Part shown: in pieces, positions 62,168-64,000 of the stretch | Numbering within the stretch: position 1 is the first letter of the stretch | How the letters are laid out: every line of letters starts with the position of its first letter | NCBI GenBank assembly: GCA_024137785.1 | Contig: JAHRHZ010000002.1 | Location: 5,614,661 to 5,678,660, forward strand | Source of the DNA: Ginglymostoma cirratum | Taxonomy: Eukaryota | Length of the DNA stretch: 64,000 bases | Direction: 5' to 3' | Program-made: the position numbers and the translations under genes | Notes under the pieces: model-generated | Told to the model about the DNA's origin: nothing | The model's database searches: none | The model's input: only the letters and a program-made list of their open reading frames with translations

Positions 62168-63279
62168 ATAGAGAGATGATCGCTTTAATTTCCTTCCTCA
62201 CTGTGTACAGTAATGGGCCTTGAAATCTGTGTAATTCCCTCTTGGAAGTGCCTGTATTTCTTCACCTTCACCTTTTTAGTATGCGCTTTCTTCAACCTCA
62301 CCGTCCTCCAAATCCTGGATTTTATCATTTTCTTCTTCAAATGTCCTCCATCTGCACTCTTCTGCCCCTTTGTCCAGGTACCTGTTTAAATGGGATTGAT
62401 CTAATCACTCACTGCAGAGTTAACCATGACTACAGCGTAAAGTCATGTGCGAGTTTAAATTAGCTACTCACATTTCTCGCAACCCTTTCAGTTCCTGCAG
62501 GACAGAGAATCAAAAACATATTTTTTCTGATGAAGGGTCTAGGCCCGAAACGTCAAGCTTTCCTGCTCCTATGATGCTGCTTGGCCTGCTGTGTTCATCC
62601 AGCTCTACACCTTGTTATCTCTTAATAAATATATGGCGCTGTTTAGATGGCATTTTGTTGTGATGTATAATCAATAGTTTGACTAAAAAGGTGTAGGGAT
62701 CTGATCGAACATTAACTGACAGTTTGCAATGATGTGATATCATGTTTAGTTACCTCAAGCACCCCCAGCAAACCGAGGCATGTAAATAACAAACGGGACA
62801 GAACACCAATGCTTCACTGGAGGTGCTCTGACAATGTTACCTAGCAGGGTGACGAAGCGTTTACAACCAAACCCACTGGCTCAGCAAGCATGTCTACAAC
62901 CTCATCCACAACCCGAGTTACAAATCTTCTCGAAAACTTTAAAAATTCCATTTTTATTCTACTCAGGTTCTCCACCATTAGTTGCAGGTCTTCCTCATTT
63001 TGTTTTATGAGCTCTTCAATTAAATATTTCTCTTTGTCTTCAAGATACTGATGGATTCTGGCAAATTGAGTGGAGATGACTTTCTTCAGGGATGCTGTGA
63101 ATTCCTAGGAAAGTGACAGCAATGATTTAAACAGAGTGCTGTTAAAGGGGTTACAATATTTAAATTGAACTAAAGTCATAATCACATCCAGTTCTGATGC
63201 CCCTCTCCTGCTGCTGCTTTAATTCACTCTTGCGTTTCTTTTCTGCCTCCTTGGAGTCCAAGGCTGATTTCAGCTGGTT
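62168..63279 (-). pseudogene. TRIM E3 ligase pseudogene (class IV TRIM39/TRIM27-like exon structure), coiled-coil and linker exons
   Basis: Exon 63279-63186 NQLKSALDSKEAEKKRKSELKQQQER is 94 nt instead of the usual 96 (frameshift). Exon from 63104 EFTASLKKVISTQFARIHQYLEDKEKYLIEEL... is interrupted by a Penelope fragment. 23-nt exon 62494-62472 ELKGLRE. Exon from 62381 YLDK...GFQGPLLYTVRKEIK has an in-frame stop and a frameshift. The 96/231/23 exon pattern is characteristic of these TRIMs. Confidence 0.85.
62527..62554 (+). ncRNA. Minimal hammerhead ribozyme motif
   Basis: CTGATGAAGGGTCTAGGCCCGAAACGTC. Confidence 0.65.
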
Positions 63280-64000
63280 CTAAAAATGGAATCAACATCT
63301 CACTATGATCCAATGTCAGCTGTTATAGCACCATCAGGCTATGGGACAAGTACTGGAAAGTGGGAATAATGTAGAGAGGCAGGTGTCATCTCAATGCGCC
63401 GAAGGGTCTCTTCTGCATTGTAATGTCTATGAAACTGTGAGGACAGTTGCTCAGCCTTTTAACCACATAATCGATGTTATACCGTATAACATGCAAGGTT
63501 AATGCAGCTTTACTGATATTTTATTGGGACTTCCAATGTTTTTCCCAGCATTGGCTTGTCAATGTTGATGTGAAACCGCTAGAGATATTGGTATTCTTAC
63601 ACTCAAAATTGTTTAAAATATTTTTGGAAGAAGCACTCTGTCATTTTTTTTCACTTATTAACTGATACCTTTCATTTCCAAATAATATTTTAAAAAGCAA
63701 TTTTAAAGTAAGCATTGTTCACAAAACCATGATTAAATTTACCTTTGATGCCTTTAAAGCATTTGATGAAATTTTTTTAATGTGAAGGCCTCTGTCTTTT
63801 GCAAGAGTCAGAGTTTGCAGGTTTTTTTTCACTGAGTATTTTGATTCTGTTTACTGCATATAGACAGTGTGGTCTGAGCTTCTTTATATTTATTTATGGG
63901 GTGTGGGTGCCAATGGCTACACAATGACATTTATTGCCCCTTGCGGAATCGCCTCTGTGAAAGTGGTGATGGTGAGCTACCTTCTTGAACTGCTCCATGC

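Overview
Eukaryotic genomic DNA from a cartilaginous fish, probably a shark. This is inferred from HE1/V-SINE-type SINEs, CR1 LINEs, shark-type Penelope elements and the 33-bp satellite. The window looks like part of the MHC region and has two spliced MHC class I heavy-chain genes in tandem on the + strand. Gene A (4593-20639; 6 coding exons, about 385 aa) has an ISRE plus X1/X2/Y promoter and keeps 8 of the 9 canonical peptide-terminus residues, matching the described shark nonclassical UDA lineage. Gene B (about 38190-48527; about 331 aa) is highly divergent. It has lost the peptide C-terminus and alpha2 anchors, has a hydrophobic CD1-like groove, carries an extra alpha2 cysteine pair replacing W133, and ends at a stop directly after a hydrophobic stretch that reads like a GPI-anchor signal. 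It is therefore a candidate GPI-anchored, lipid-binding class I molecule. At the right end are minus-strand exons of a disrupted TRIM gene. The rest is repeats: Penelope-like elements with minimal hammerhead ribozyme motifs, CR1 and Rex/Babar LINE fragments, SINEs, a pol-deleted ERV with two LTRs, a solo LTR, minisatellites and several near-perfect inverted repeats. All splice models are read by eye from the sequence and have no transcript support. Repeat boundaries are approximate.
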